A stretch of DNA of 64,000 nt from Chrysomallon squamiferum (taxonomy: Eukaryota > Animalia > Mollusca). Within the stretch, counting starts at the first letter, position 1, and each line of letters begins with the position of its first letter. The translations under genes were made by a program, and so were the position numbers. The notes beneath the pieces are model-generated. The model had not been told where the DNA came from. It did not search any database and saw only the letters and a program-made list of their open reading frames with translations. The stretch lies in assembly GCA_012295275.1 (NCBI GenBank), contig CM022679.1, positions 27,962,001 to 28,026,000 on the forward strand, written 5' to 3'. Shown piece after piece: positions 1 to 11,413 of this stretch.

Positions 1-708
1 ATGACGGAAGTGATCACGTTTGAAAGTAACGCGACAGGAAACTTGTCAGTGATACTTTCCGGTGACTCTCAGATTGGATTAATATTCCTCTACTCTCTGA
101 CGACGGTGTTCTCCATCATCGGCAATATCCTCGTCGTGCTGGTGTTCACGAGAGGACGACGTTGTCGCACGGACATCAGACCCTACCTGATTAACCTGGC
201 CATGGCCGACCTGCTGATGGCGTTGTTCTGCATGCCGTTCACGTTCACGTCTGTGATGACGAGCACGTGGGTGTTCTCCAAACCCATGTGTCCCATAGTT
301 CTGTTCGTCCAGCATCTGTCAGTGTCCTCCAGCGTCTTCACAAACATGGCCATCGGCATTGACCGGTTCCTCGTGGTCATGTTTCCCTTCAGGTCGAGAC
401 TGACCACTTCCAGAGCCAAATACGTCATCATGTCCATCTGGGTAAGCGCTGTGAGTCTGTCCTCCGTGCAGCTGGTTGTCGGAAGGGCCAAAGACACGCT
501 GAACAACACGCTGGAATGCGATGAAGACTGGACGGACCAACATTCGAGGAGGATTTTTACCACTTTTGTTTTGTTTATTACCTACATTATACCTCTGTGT
601 ATTCTAGCTGTCACATATTCTATAGTGGCTATTCTTCTGTGGAAGCGGACAGCTCCGGGAAATGCCGATCAAGCCCGAGATCTGCAGCAGCTTCGAGCGA
701 AAAGAAAG
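1..708 (+). CDS. Class A neuropeptide GPCR (tachykinin/RYamide/leucokinin/GPR83-like receptor group), coding exon 1: N-terminus, TM1-TM5, ICL3
   Basis: ORF from ATG at 1 contains GN (TM1), NLAMAD (TM2), WVF..MC (ECL1/C3.25), IDRF (DRY-like), W4.50, ECL2 CDEDW, YIIP (TM5) and ICL3 PGNADQARD..AKRK. It ends at a perfect donor AAG|GTAAGT at 708/709, phase 0. N-glycosylation sequons N10 and N14. An upstream exon outside the window cannot be excluded. Confidence 0.95.
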
Positions 709-1056
709 GTAAGTGATCTGAAACAAACTCTCAGAAATGAAATGATGTAAATTTGAGGACTGTCTTATCTGGATTTTTCTGCTTTAGATTGGCTCGTCTT
801 CAGTTTATTATCCAGTACAACTCGTTTCTCAAATTTTGTGGTTCGTGTTGTCATGATAACGTCCATGTAAAAACAGTCAATAACACTAACCCAAAAATTA
901 ATTCCTCGCAAATCCACAACTGTAGTTTGAATAGCAGCAGTAGCAGTAATGACAGTAATAGTCGTAGTAGGAACAAGAGTAGTAAACAGTAATAGCAAAA
1001 CAACGACATAAATAAAAGTAAAGACAACAATGATTACTTCTATATTAATACTAGAA

Positions 1057-1096
<40 letters not shown>

Positions 1097-2169
1097 GCAC
1101 ATACGTATATTGCAGACACTGTGACAAAACATTTCAATATTTCAGACATGCAGCAGTGTGTTATAAATTATTTAAATTTTATTCCTCAAAGAAATATTTA
1201 TTGATCATTACAACAAAATTTAATACATTATCTGAAGATGTTAGCAAAAATCATCGATACTGTTTCTCAAGCGGTCACAAGCGAACAGTAACACAACATA
1301 AAACACGGAAATAATTCAAACAAGATGGAGGGGGAGAAGATATGGAATGAAAAAGAAGAAACCAGAATGATCAATCATAATCTTGCGAAGTGAACAAGAT
1401 TTATTTTCTTCTGGTGTGATTTCTGTGAACGCGGGAGTAGTTCTTTATGAGTGGAAGTTTTGCAATTACTGCGAGAAATGGGTCACTGTGCTCAGCGAAA
1501 CGAAACGAACTATTTAACAGCGCTCCCGAGTGAATAAAAACCCACAGAAATATGTTTTACATTACAAAATATAAAACTTTTTTTTTTTTTTTTTTTGGAA
1601 ACTCACTAACGTATGGGAAAGGAAGGTCCTGGTTTAAAACTAACGAAAGTCAATGCTGTGGAGAGATCTGAAGACGTCAAAAACAAATTTGTAGTTTAAA
1701 TAATGTTTTATAAACTGCGTTGTAGTATGAAACACTGAGCTTTATTTTACATGTCTAAATCTGACTTTGTTTATGAATGTTTCTGTAATAACGATAAACA
1801 TTTTTTTCCTTTTTTATTAATTTTTTTATTTTTAATGGTAAACTGCACAATTAATGGCAAAGAGGGTAAACTTCATTTATAAAAAACATAAAGACAAAAA
1901 ATGCCGGTTCTGTCCTCAGAGAGATAGGCCAAGCACACGTAATGAAATTAAAAGACGTTCAAAAGAAACCAAATGACATGCAGAAATTGCGTAATACAAT
2001 TAACGTAACATGAAATGAAAACTGCTCTTTATAACGGCACTGCTGGGCAATCATCGTAGAGTGGCGAGGCCAGTTTGTATAAAAACAACAGAGAATCACG
2101 TACAGCAAACACTTTCTCTCGCACAATTACACATCCACTGTTATATCTTCATCATCGCCATATTCTTTT

Positions 2170-2210
2170 TCTTCTTTTTTCTTCTTCTTCTTCTTCTTCT
2201 TCTTCTTCTT

Positions 2211-2284
<74 letters not shown>

Positions 2285-2346
2285 CATCATCATCATCATC
2301 ATCATCATCATCTTTATTAGTAGTAGAAGTAGTAGTAGTAGTAGTA
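2170..2346. repeat. Compound trinucleotide microsatellite (TTC)n-(ATT)n-(ATC)n-(AGT)n
   Basis: Directly visible consecutive tracts. Confidence 0.95.
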
Positions 2347-2683
2347 CAGGTACCGGACCAATTATCCGGCGTCCTGAAATCCGGAAAGACCAGAAAACCG
2401 GACGTTTTTTCCAGACGCTTTTTCATAGTTCGCGCTCGCGGATGTTGTCCTCACCAGACCTGAACTACTCTTTCAAGCCGCGTGGCGTTCATTCACTCGC
2501 CGCATTGTTTACGTGTCGAGTCGCCACAGTTGTGTATCGTCAACTTTCTTTATGTTTTTAATTTTAAAATGTTTATGTCTAATTATTTACGTATTTAGTT
2601 GCCTTGTTACGAGAAAACAGGAAAATCCAGAAATCCGGAATGCCTCGGGCCCCAAGGGATCCGGATAATTGGTCCGGTATCTG
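2347..2683. mobile_element. Non-autonomous Tc1/mariner(pogo)-type MITE, 337 bp
   Basis: 23-bp TIRs CAGGTACCGGACCAATTATCCGG / CCGGATAATTGGTCCGGTATCTG with 1 mismatch, TA duplication on both sides (2345-46, 2684-85), subterminal AAATCCGGAA repeats. Inserted in an (AGT)n tract; no transposase. Confidence 0.88.
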
Positions 2684-2968
2684 TAGTATTAGTAGTAGTA
2701 GCAGTAGTAGTAGTACCATCACTACTACTACTACTATTATTACTACTACCACCATCACTACCATTACTACTATTACAACCTACTAAAAACTACTAATACG
2801 ACGATGATGGTAACGACAACCACTACTACCTCTATTATTAACGCTGTTGATGACAACGACAACAGTGACAGGTAGCTTTTTTTGCCTTTATTTTAACAAA
2901 CTCTGTGATTTGTGTTTCCCTGTTTCAGGGAAGATGTCGATAGCAGTAATAAATAAAACTCGATGGCA

Positions 2969-3026
<58 letters not shown>

Positions 3027-3301
3027 GTAATTGGAAGACTAAGAATAATAATTAAAACATGACTAAAGCAGCACAGTAACTACATCTGGTTTCAATCTGT
3101 CTCATTACTGATACAATGCTTTCAAATTAAACTTCGATTTTATCACACCTGGCTACCTTGTAATTCTTCTTCGACTGTTGCACAAAAATTTAATATTTCG
3201 GATTAAGCGATGACTGAACAAAGAGCAGCGAGGTAAATCATATGTTACATATTGATTTACTTGTTAAAACACAGTCAGCGAGGTAACATTTTAGCAGACA
3301 T

Positions 3302-3642
3302 TCAGGTAATTACTTAACTAACAATTAGCTATCAGGTAATTACTTAACTAACAGTTAGCTAATCATTTATCAAATAATTCCTTGCTCGTGACGCAGCATT
3401 TTTGTAATCAAAGAGTTGTGTGAAAATCTGTCAGATCTGAGTGCCGAGTTGAGTTCTGTGAAAATTTGTCAGATCTGAGTCCGAGTTGAGTTCTATGAAA
3501 ATCTCTGTCAGATCTGAGTCCGAGTTGAGTTCTGTTACTCAAACTTCCATTAGCTTCCTGAAAGAAGCCGAGCGAGTGTGCAACACAAACTTCACAGCAC
3601 TGATGTTTACGTCATCATGTAGCACTGATGTTTACGTCATCA
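3302..3642. repeat. Cluster of short local duplications (30 bp x2, ~38 bp x3, 25 bp x2)
   Basis: TCAGGTAATTACTTAACTAACA.TTAGCTA x2 (3302-3361); GAAAAT..TGTCAGATCTGAGT.CCGAGTTGAGTTCT x3 (3413-3534); AGCACTGATGTTTACGTCATCA x2 (3596-3642). Confidence 0.85.
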
Positions 3643-3954
3643 CGTTGTAGTCGAGTTCTGTGAAGTGGGTCATACCATGTGATCATTCTGGGAGTGACTA
3701 AAACTTGACGAGTAATCACCCAAATATATCAAATAATCTTCAGTTTGATGTTATATAATGACTGTCTTAGTAAGTTATATAATCCTCATATTACTATGCT
3801 AATTAGAAATTATTTTAATGTATTAAACAATCGTCGTTTTAATACAGATAATCCTCATAATTAAATAATCATCATCTTAAAGTCTAAAACAATCATAATT
3901 TAAATACGTTAAGTAAGTTAAAAAGAATAAATAAGTAACAATGATGACAACAGC

Positions 3955-4014
<60 letters not shown>

Positions 4015-4531
4015 CTTGTATATGTATCTTGTATATATCTTACATATTGCCATTTTATAAGATCACTGTAAGTAAGTATATTATTATTTAACTGATAAAG
4101 AAGTTCACCTTCTACATTTTTGTTGTTTAAAGTGAACGTCTGGACATAAGTACATAAATAAATTAATTAATAAAATTAAATAAATTAAATAAATAAATAA
4201 CAGATTTCGATGAATAAATCAAGTGTCAAACTGAGAAGCGTTTTAAATGAAGGAAAGTAAATAGTTCGGTTTACAGAAGCTGTCAAGAAAAAACAGTTTC
4301 AATAAAGTGAATTTCTCTTTCACCTTGACCCACTTTTCAGGAAACTCTCAGCTGACTGTAAACTCAGCGTGGTGTAAAGAAACCTGTCCATCGTGTCAGT
4401 GCGCGAAGTGTGCCAGTCACAGACTAAACCAGATACAATTACACTGATTAGCAGGTCCAAAGATTTCTTCTTTCTTTCTTCGTTTCTGTGTCATGAATTG
4501 TTTTCATATCTCTTGTGTTACACGATCTTAC

Positions 4532-4534
<3 letters not shown>

Positions 4535-4613
<79 letters not shown>

Positions 4614-4735
4614 TATGTATCAGTCATCATAACTTGAATATAGGCCTATAAACATAACACAGTACTTTTCATCTAAAATATTATTATTACTTAAACGTTT
4701 ACATACAATAAAACCAGGTAGAAATAATAATAATA

Positions 4736-4827
<92 letters not shown>

Positions 4828-4847
4828 TATTATTATTATTATTATGA
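4535..4847. repeat. (AT)n tract and compound (AAT)/(GAT)/(ATT) microsatellite
   Basis: Visible tracts at 4535-4603 and 4723-4847. Confidence 0.9.
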
Positions 4848-5157
4848 TTATATACTCGCTAGATCAGCTGTTCTGTTGTCCTCCCATGACGCAGACGTAT
4901 TATGACAACACAAGACACGGTTGACCGCTTTACTGATGACCTGCCGTTTACCTTGAATAATACATGTAGTAAATAATAGAATGGTCTGATACAGAACACA
5001 CAACAAAATTATATAGATTTAGATTTATTTACAGATTTTAACATGTCCATTTGACGCATTTTTGTCCTAATTTTAAAAGAATTCCAACGGCATCCGAGGA
5101 CTGAATTGGTGTTTCTAGCCGAGGGTTAGCTGTGCCTTCTGACATTTCTATTTCTTT

Positions 5158-5412
5158 TATCAGTTCTGTAAATCTGTATATCAGTTCTGTAAATCTATTT
5201 ATCAGTTCTGTAAATCTGTATATCAGTTCTGTAAATCTATTTATCAGTTCTGTAAATCTGTATATCAGTTCTGTAAATCTATATATCAGTTCTGTAAATC
5301 TATTTATCAGTTCTATAAATCTGTATATCAGTTCTGTAAATCTATATATCAGTTCTGTAAATCTGTATATCAGTTCTGTAAATCTGTATATCAGTTCTGT
5401 AAATCTATGTAT
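5158..5412. repeat. 21-bp minisatellite, ~12 copies
   Basis: Unit ATCAGTTCTGTAAATCT(G/A)T(A/T)T; explains the ISSVNL(Y/F) ORF. Confidence 0.95.
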
Positions 5413-5780
5413 ATTTGGATGGTAAAGTTGAACTGACCTGTTGATTCTGGAATGAAATACCCTCAGGTCACTGTTTCAGCTGGTGATAACACGGGTGAGC
5501 TCTGAAAGTCGTGGTGTGTTCACGCTGTACGCAAACTCACACATAAACTGCACGAATAGCCACTGGGTAGCAGTCTTGAAAAATTTCTCAAACGTTTATA
5601 AAAATCCATATCATTTAATTAAACAGTTTACTACAGTTAGGTAGATATCTGCAAATAAATTTACTTCAAACTACAGTTAGATAGATATCTGCAAACAAAT
5701 TCTCACTGGTTTCGTAACATGGTGTAGTCTTCTGTATTGGTCATCGGTAGACTGAGACGTTTGTTGAATCTAAACGCCTG

Positions 5781-5816
<36 letters not shown>

Positions 5817-7153
5817 GATAGATAGAGAGATAATATGTGATATCCTTAATAATTTGTGTTATCCTTAATGATATATGCAATCCTTGATATGTGCTATCCT
5901 TGATAATATACCCTGTCCATGACGATATGTAATATCCTTTACCATATGAGCTGTGGTTGATCATGCAGCTCAGTATAAAATGTTGCACACGACACTGCGA
6001 CACAAATTACCTGTTTAACTGTTTGTTAGTGACATGTGGTGACATACAAGTTAAAATGTACTTGTTGAGTATGATGTGAAACAATACATTTCATCCTTTC
6101 TTTTCGTTGTTTATACCTCTGCGTGTGTGTGTGTGTGTATTTGTGTGAGTGTGTGTGTTAGTGTGTATGTGTGTGTGTGTGTGTGTGTATTCATAAACAA
6201 TTCTAGTTTATTTATTTACATGCGCTAAAACGTTCCTCGTAGCAGTTAAATAATTTCAGTTTATTTATTTATATTCACTGTCGATTTGAGGACAGTCGAT
6301 TAACTAACAGGACGAAACAGATGTTTGTAATTTTGTTTTTCTGAAAGCTCAGTTCAAAATTCCTTACATAACTCCTGTTTTACATAATTACTATTGTTAA
6401 AATCATTATAAATAGTAGTTGAGTTAGTTGTAGGATGTAGTTTTAGTAGTAGTGTTTGTAATACAGAAGTGGTAGTAGAAGTAGCAGCGGGGTAGTAGTT
6501 GTTGTTTTTGTTGTTGCTGTTGTTGTGGTAATACCAGAAGTAGCAGAGTACAAATTGTACTAGTTGTAGTAGTGGTAGAATAGCAAAACTGGTATTATTA
6601 GTACTAGCAGCAGAAGTAGTAGCAGCAGTAGTTGTAGTAGTAGAGATAGCAATGTATGTGTGAGATTAGGGGGATATTAATTTATTTCCTAGACTACAGC
6701 AGCCATATCTGTCAGTTAGCGTCTGACATGAGTAGTGTCAGCTTAAAGCCTGTTCACATGATATGATATGCAAAACCGTGTTTGCTCATTATGCTACATA
6801 CGTACTGCAGATTTGAAATAAAAAAGGAACTAAATAAATTAAATACATTCATTTACTTCCATACTATTCATTTTTCTTGTTAGTTTGTTTGTTGTTGTTT
6901 GTTTTTGTTTTATTTTTGTTTACTTACTAATAATTTAATAATTATTTCCTTACAAACAATACATATATTGTAGACTGAAATACACTAAAAGAAATAAAAT
7001 AAAATTGGACTGATTGCAGCACAGTAAAGTTCACTCACATCTGATTGAAAAAAAAAGAAAACTATTAGTAAACTGTGTTACCACAATCTGTACCTGTAAG
7101 ATATCATATCTCTGTTCGCGATAACACACATGTCCCTTACCTATATACCTTTT

Positions 7154-7260
<107 letters not shown>

Positions 7261-7526
7261 TTTTCTATGTGTTTCATTCATGAGTTTATGAAAATAATCT
7301 TTCTGAACCAATGTCGGTTAATACTGTATTCCGTACAACGTATCCAGTCAGAATTTAATCAATGTATTTGGAACGTTCAAGTGTATCTCTGTCTGTCTGT
7401 CTGTCTGTCTGTGTGTGTGTGTATAGAAAAACATGGATGTGATTTATTTCTATTATTTTTTTTATTTTGTTTTAGCTGATTTTTTAAAGAGGAAAAAGTG
7501 GCAGGCTCCTCTTGCCATTTTTCTTT

Positions 7527-7563
<37 letters not shown>

Positions 7564-7954
7564 GCACCTGATACTCATGCCAATGTACATATTCTAATTA
7601 AAAAAATGTAAGAAGAAACAAAACAAAAAAAGAAATACAAACGGAAGTTACCTGTTCTCTTTACCTTCGCATCGTTTAGGAAATGCGTGCGGAATGTTTG
7701 AGAAACTTCCTCACTGTTATCACATTTGGTTTGGATTTTGTTTTTGGCACAATCTGCGTGATTGTGCTGACGGCAAAGTGAAAGAATTATTGTGTAATAC
7801 CCACCAATAACAGCCGAAAATCTGCAGAAAGACCTTCTTAGACTTTTCATAAAAAAAAATAATAACACGTGTGTCTATATATATATAATATAGCCATCTA
7901 TCTATCTATATATATAAACAGACAGAAAAAACAGAGATTGACAGAGAAAGCCAG

Positions 7955-9115
7955 TCTGTGTATGTCTGTATTTGTTTCAGTGTGAGTTGTGTGTGTTTGT
8001 GTGTATGTCTGTATTTGTTTCAGTATGAGTTGTGTGTGTTTTTGTGTACGTCTGTATTTGTTTCAGTATGAGTTGTGTGTGTTTGTGTGTGTGAATGTAT
8101 GTTTCAGTATGAGTTGTGTGTGTTTGTGTGTACGTCTGTATTTGTTTCAGTATGAGTTATGTGTGTTTGTGTGTATGTCTGTATTTGTTTCAGTATGAGT
8201 TGCGTGTTTTTGTGTGTACGTCTGTATTTGTTTCAGTATGAGTTGTGTGTGTTTGTGTGTGTGAATGTATGTTTCAGTATGAGTTGTGTGTGTTTGTGTG
8301 TGTGAATGTATTTGTTTCAGTATGAGTTGTGTGTGTTTGTGTGTATGTCTGTATTTGTTTCAGTATGAGTTGTGTGTGTTTGTGTGTACGTCTGTATTTG
8401 TTTCAGTATGAGCTGTGTGTGTTTGTGTGTGTGAATGTATGTTTCAGTATGAGTTGTGTGTGTTTGTGTGTATGTCTGTATTTGTGTCAGTATGAGTTGT
8501 GTGTGTTTGTGTGTACGTCTGTATTTGTTTCAGTATGAGTTATGTGTGTTTGTGTGTATGTCTGTATTTGTTTCAGTATGAGTTGTGTGTGTTTGTGTGT
8601 GTGAATGTATGTTTCAGTATGAGTTGTGTGTGTTTGTGTGTACGTCTGTATTTGTTTCAGTATGAGTTATGTGTGTTTGTGTGTATGTCTGTATTTGTTT
8701 CAGTATGAGTTGTGTGTTTTTGTGTGTATGTTTGTATTTGTTTCAGTATGAGTTGTGTGTGTTTGTGTGTGTGAATGTATGTTTCAGTATGAGTTGTGTG
8801 TGTTTTTGTGTGTGTCTGTATTTGTTTCAGTATGAGTTGTGTGTGTTTGTGTGTGTGTCTGTATTTGTTTCAGTATGAGTTGTGTGTGTTTGTGTGTACG
8901 TCTGTATTTGTTTCAGTATGAGCTGTGTGTGTTTGTGTGTATGTCTGTATTTGTGTCAGTATGAGTTGTGTGTGTTTGTGTGTACGTCTGTATCTGTTTC
9001 AGTATGAGTTATGTGTGTTTGTGTGTATGTCTGTATTTGTTTCAGTATGAGTTGTGTGTGTTTGTGTGTATGTTTGTATGTTTCAGTATGAGTTGTGTGT
9101 GTTTGTGTGTGTGAA
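7955..9115. repeat. GT-rich 43/41-bp minisatellite, ~27 copies, with a 170-bp higher-order period
   Basis: Unit GTATTTGTTTCAGTATGAGTTGTGTGTGTTTGTGTGTA(T/C)GTCT; the 41-bp variant recurs at 8105, 8275, 8445, 8615 and 8785. Confidence 0.95.
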
Positions 9116-9229
9116 CAGTGTTGACACAGGGTAAGACATGAAATTTTATTTTGTGTACTTCTGAATAATGACTTGTCACGCCTCGAGGTTTCAATCATAC
9201 TGTCACACTTTTAAAATGTAATCAGCCAC

Positions 9230-9515
9230 AACGAAAATATCAACGTACTTTGTGTCATTGGTTGTTAAAAAGTGGAAACTAATACTAAGATGGCTATATT
9301 TATAGTCATGAGGGGAAAGCTAGTTTCATTTATCTACTAAAATTAACCAGGTATCGTTTTGTACGAACTTTGTCACAGGCATCGGCAGTCCTTACTTCAC
9401 AAATCACGTTTATGACTGGAGTGGGGAAATAACTTAATGAAACGCCGACGAGATTCGATCCGCCTATCGTCTGCTTGCGAGACAAACGTGTGTTCCACGT
9501 GCTGTGACTGACTGA
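9230..9515 (-). mobile_element. Decayed tRNA-derived SINE
   Basis: Minus strand reads ...GGATCGAATCTCGTCGGCG (B-box-like) TTTCATTAAGTTATTTCCCCACTCCAGTCA...GCTTTCCCCTC. It shares a TTTCCC..TCCAGTCA block with 17687 and has a similar layout to 40540. Confidence 0.55.
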
Positions 9516-9974
9516 ACCGCAGTAAACAACTGTTCAAACACAGCCGCGCTGAGCTGTAGTTTACTGGCTCCAGGCAAATCTCTGTGATTACACTTAGACA
9601 AAACACAGGATAACAAAATCAGTAAATCTTGACCATTGGCTCTCTCTCTCATTCACGTCGAAGGTTTCTTTGTTTCAAGCTGCCAGCATGTTTCAAAAAT
9701 CTATCAGTATTCAACAAGAGATCGTCAAAACAAACGTAATTTGAAAACGTACGAGAAGAAGTAGTCAGTGTTTGTCGTTAAAACTGCTCTTCTTCGTATT
9801 AGGAAGCAGCTGTTTTTGAAATGTATGAAAGTTTCCAATCTGGATTGTCAGTTTAAACGTACGAATTAGAAAAAAGTCGGTCTACCTCCTCGAGCGAAAT
9901 AATTTATTTAATGTTTTTAACTAGATACAGCTTAATCTGCTTGTAACATCGTCATGCAGAAACATATGTTTATA

Positions 9975-10008
9975 GACACACACATACATACACACACATA
10001 CTATACAC

Positions 10009-10039
<31 letters not shown>

Positions 10040-10243
10040 TACATACATACATACATATACACACACACACATACACACACACACACATACTATACACACA
10101 CACATATATACATACATACATACATACACACACACATACATACATACATTTTATACACACACACATATATACATACATACATTCATACACACACACACAC
10201 ATACATACATATATATACATGCATACATACATACATACATGTA
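9975..10243. repeat. (CA)n/(CATA)n degenerate microsatellite; similar tracts at 26570, 29838, 31093, 31880, 33240, 40900, 44230, 59660
   Basis: Directly visible; source of the HT/YI and CV/MY ORFs. Confidence 0.9.
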
Positions 10244-11195
10244 TACTTCGTCCTCTTTCGGAGTGCGGACTAATGAGTGTCATTCGTTCGAGTCTCGTCA
10301 GTGACATCTGATGGGATTTGTGAGGTTGTGACTGATTTTGTCCTCCTGCGCCAGGGCGTTCAGTAATATTGTCTGTGTGCAGAACCTATTCAGACGTACA
10401 TAAGACAGAATATTCAGTTCCTAAAGTGCCTACCTGCATACACACACATACGTACATACATACATGGACAAATACAAATATTTAGACAGACATATGTACA
10501 AAGAGGCAGTCATTCAGAGAGACAAACTGACAGACGGACTGAAAAACAGGAATACAGATGCGTTTACGATAATCTAAACAGTTTGATTGATATTCATTTG
10601 GTACTGGCCACAGTAAAATACTGATGTATGAAATAATTGACTCTCAGTCACACAGATTTGAACCTTTGAACCTCTGTGCAGGAGTTCAGTGCAGTTTCTC
10701 ATTACGAGCAGTCGACTGCCTTCATCCTGTCAGCACGTGCGCACCGTGATTTTACGTCAGCAGCAACCACGTGGTGTTTTCTCTGTCACATGATATAAGC
10801 GAGCGCTGAGTTGACTTATTAACGTCTGCTGTTTTCTTACTTTGTCGTATTAAACGCGATAGATAACACTCGTGTAAGAGTTACGTCAAGTGTGGAGCTG
10901 AAAACACGTTTCTTTGATGATGAATGTTATCATGGCGAGCATGCGCTTAGCTGGGGAAGAGGCGGAAAACACATAAAGGAATACGAAGCATTTTTATGAG
11001 TAATTTTAATAACGTGTGATGAATATATTTACTTACAAAGGCTAAAGATTTATAGTTCGTGATTAGGAAAGGGGAGGATGCTATTTAAGCTGCATTCACA
11101 CCAAACAATTTCTCAAATTCACTTTGTATTGGGTCATCGTGATTTTGTTAGATAGAACACTTTTTATGTGAAAATAATTATAAAACGTCAAAAAA

Positions 11196-11226
<31 letters not shown>

Positions 11227-11348
11227 AATAAAATAAAATAAATAAATAAATAAAATCATTTATCAAAATTTAAAAAGGAAAACATAAAATACAAATCAAA
11301 AAATTAAAAATAAAAAGATTTTAATATATATATATATTTATATATTCA

Positions 11349-11413
<65 letters not shown>

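Noticed and set aside
79-563. Antisense ORFs overlapping exon 1 (79..315, 183..563, 319..543)
   Set aside because: Expected shadows of a GC3-rich coding strand; no recognisable domains.
709-750. Last 13 aa of ORF 1..750 as the true C-terminus
   Set aside because: They read through a perfect GTAAGT donor; TM6-TM7 are found in frame at 46230.
3305-3336. CAG|GTAATT pair as recursive splice sites
   Set aside because: No polypyrimidine tract, and the two copies come from a 30-bp duplication.
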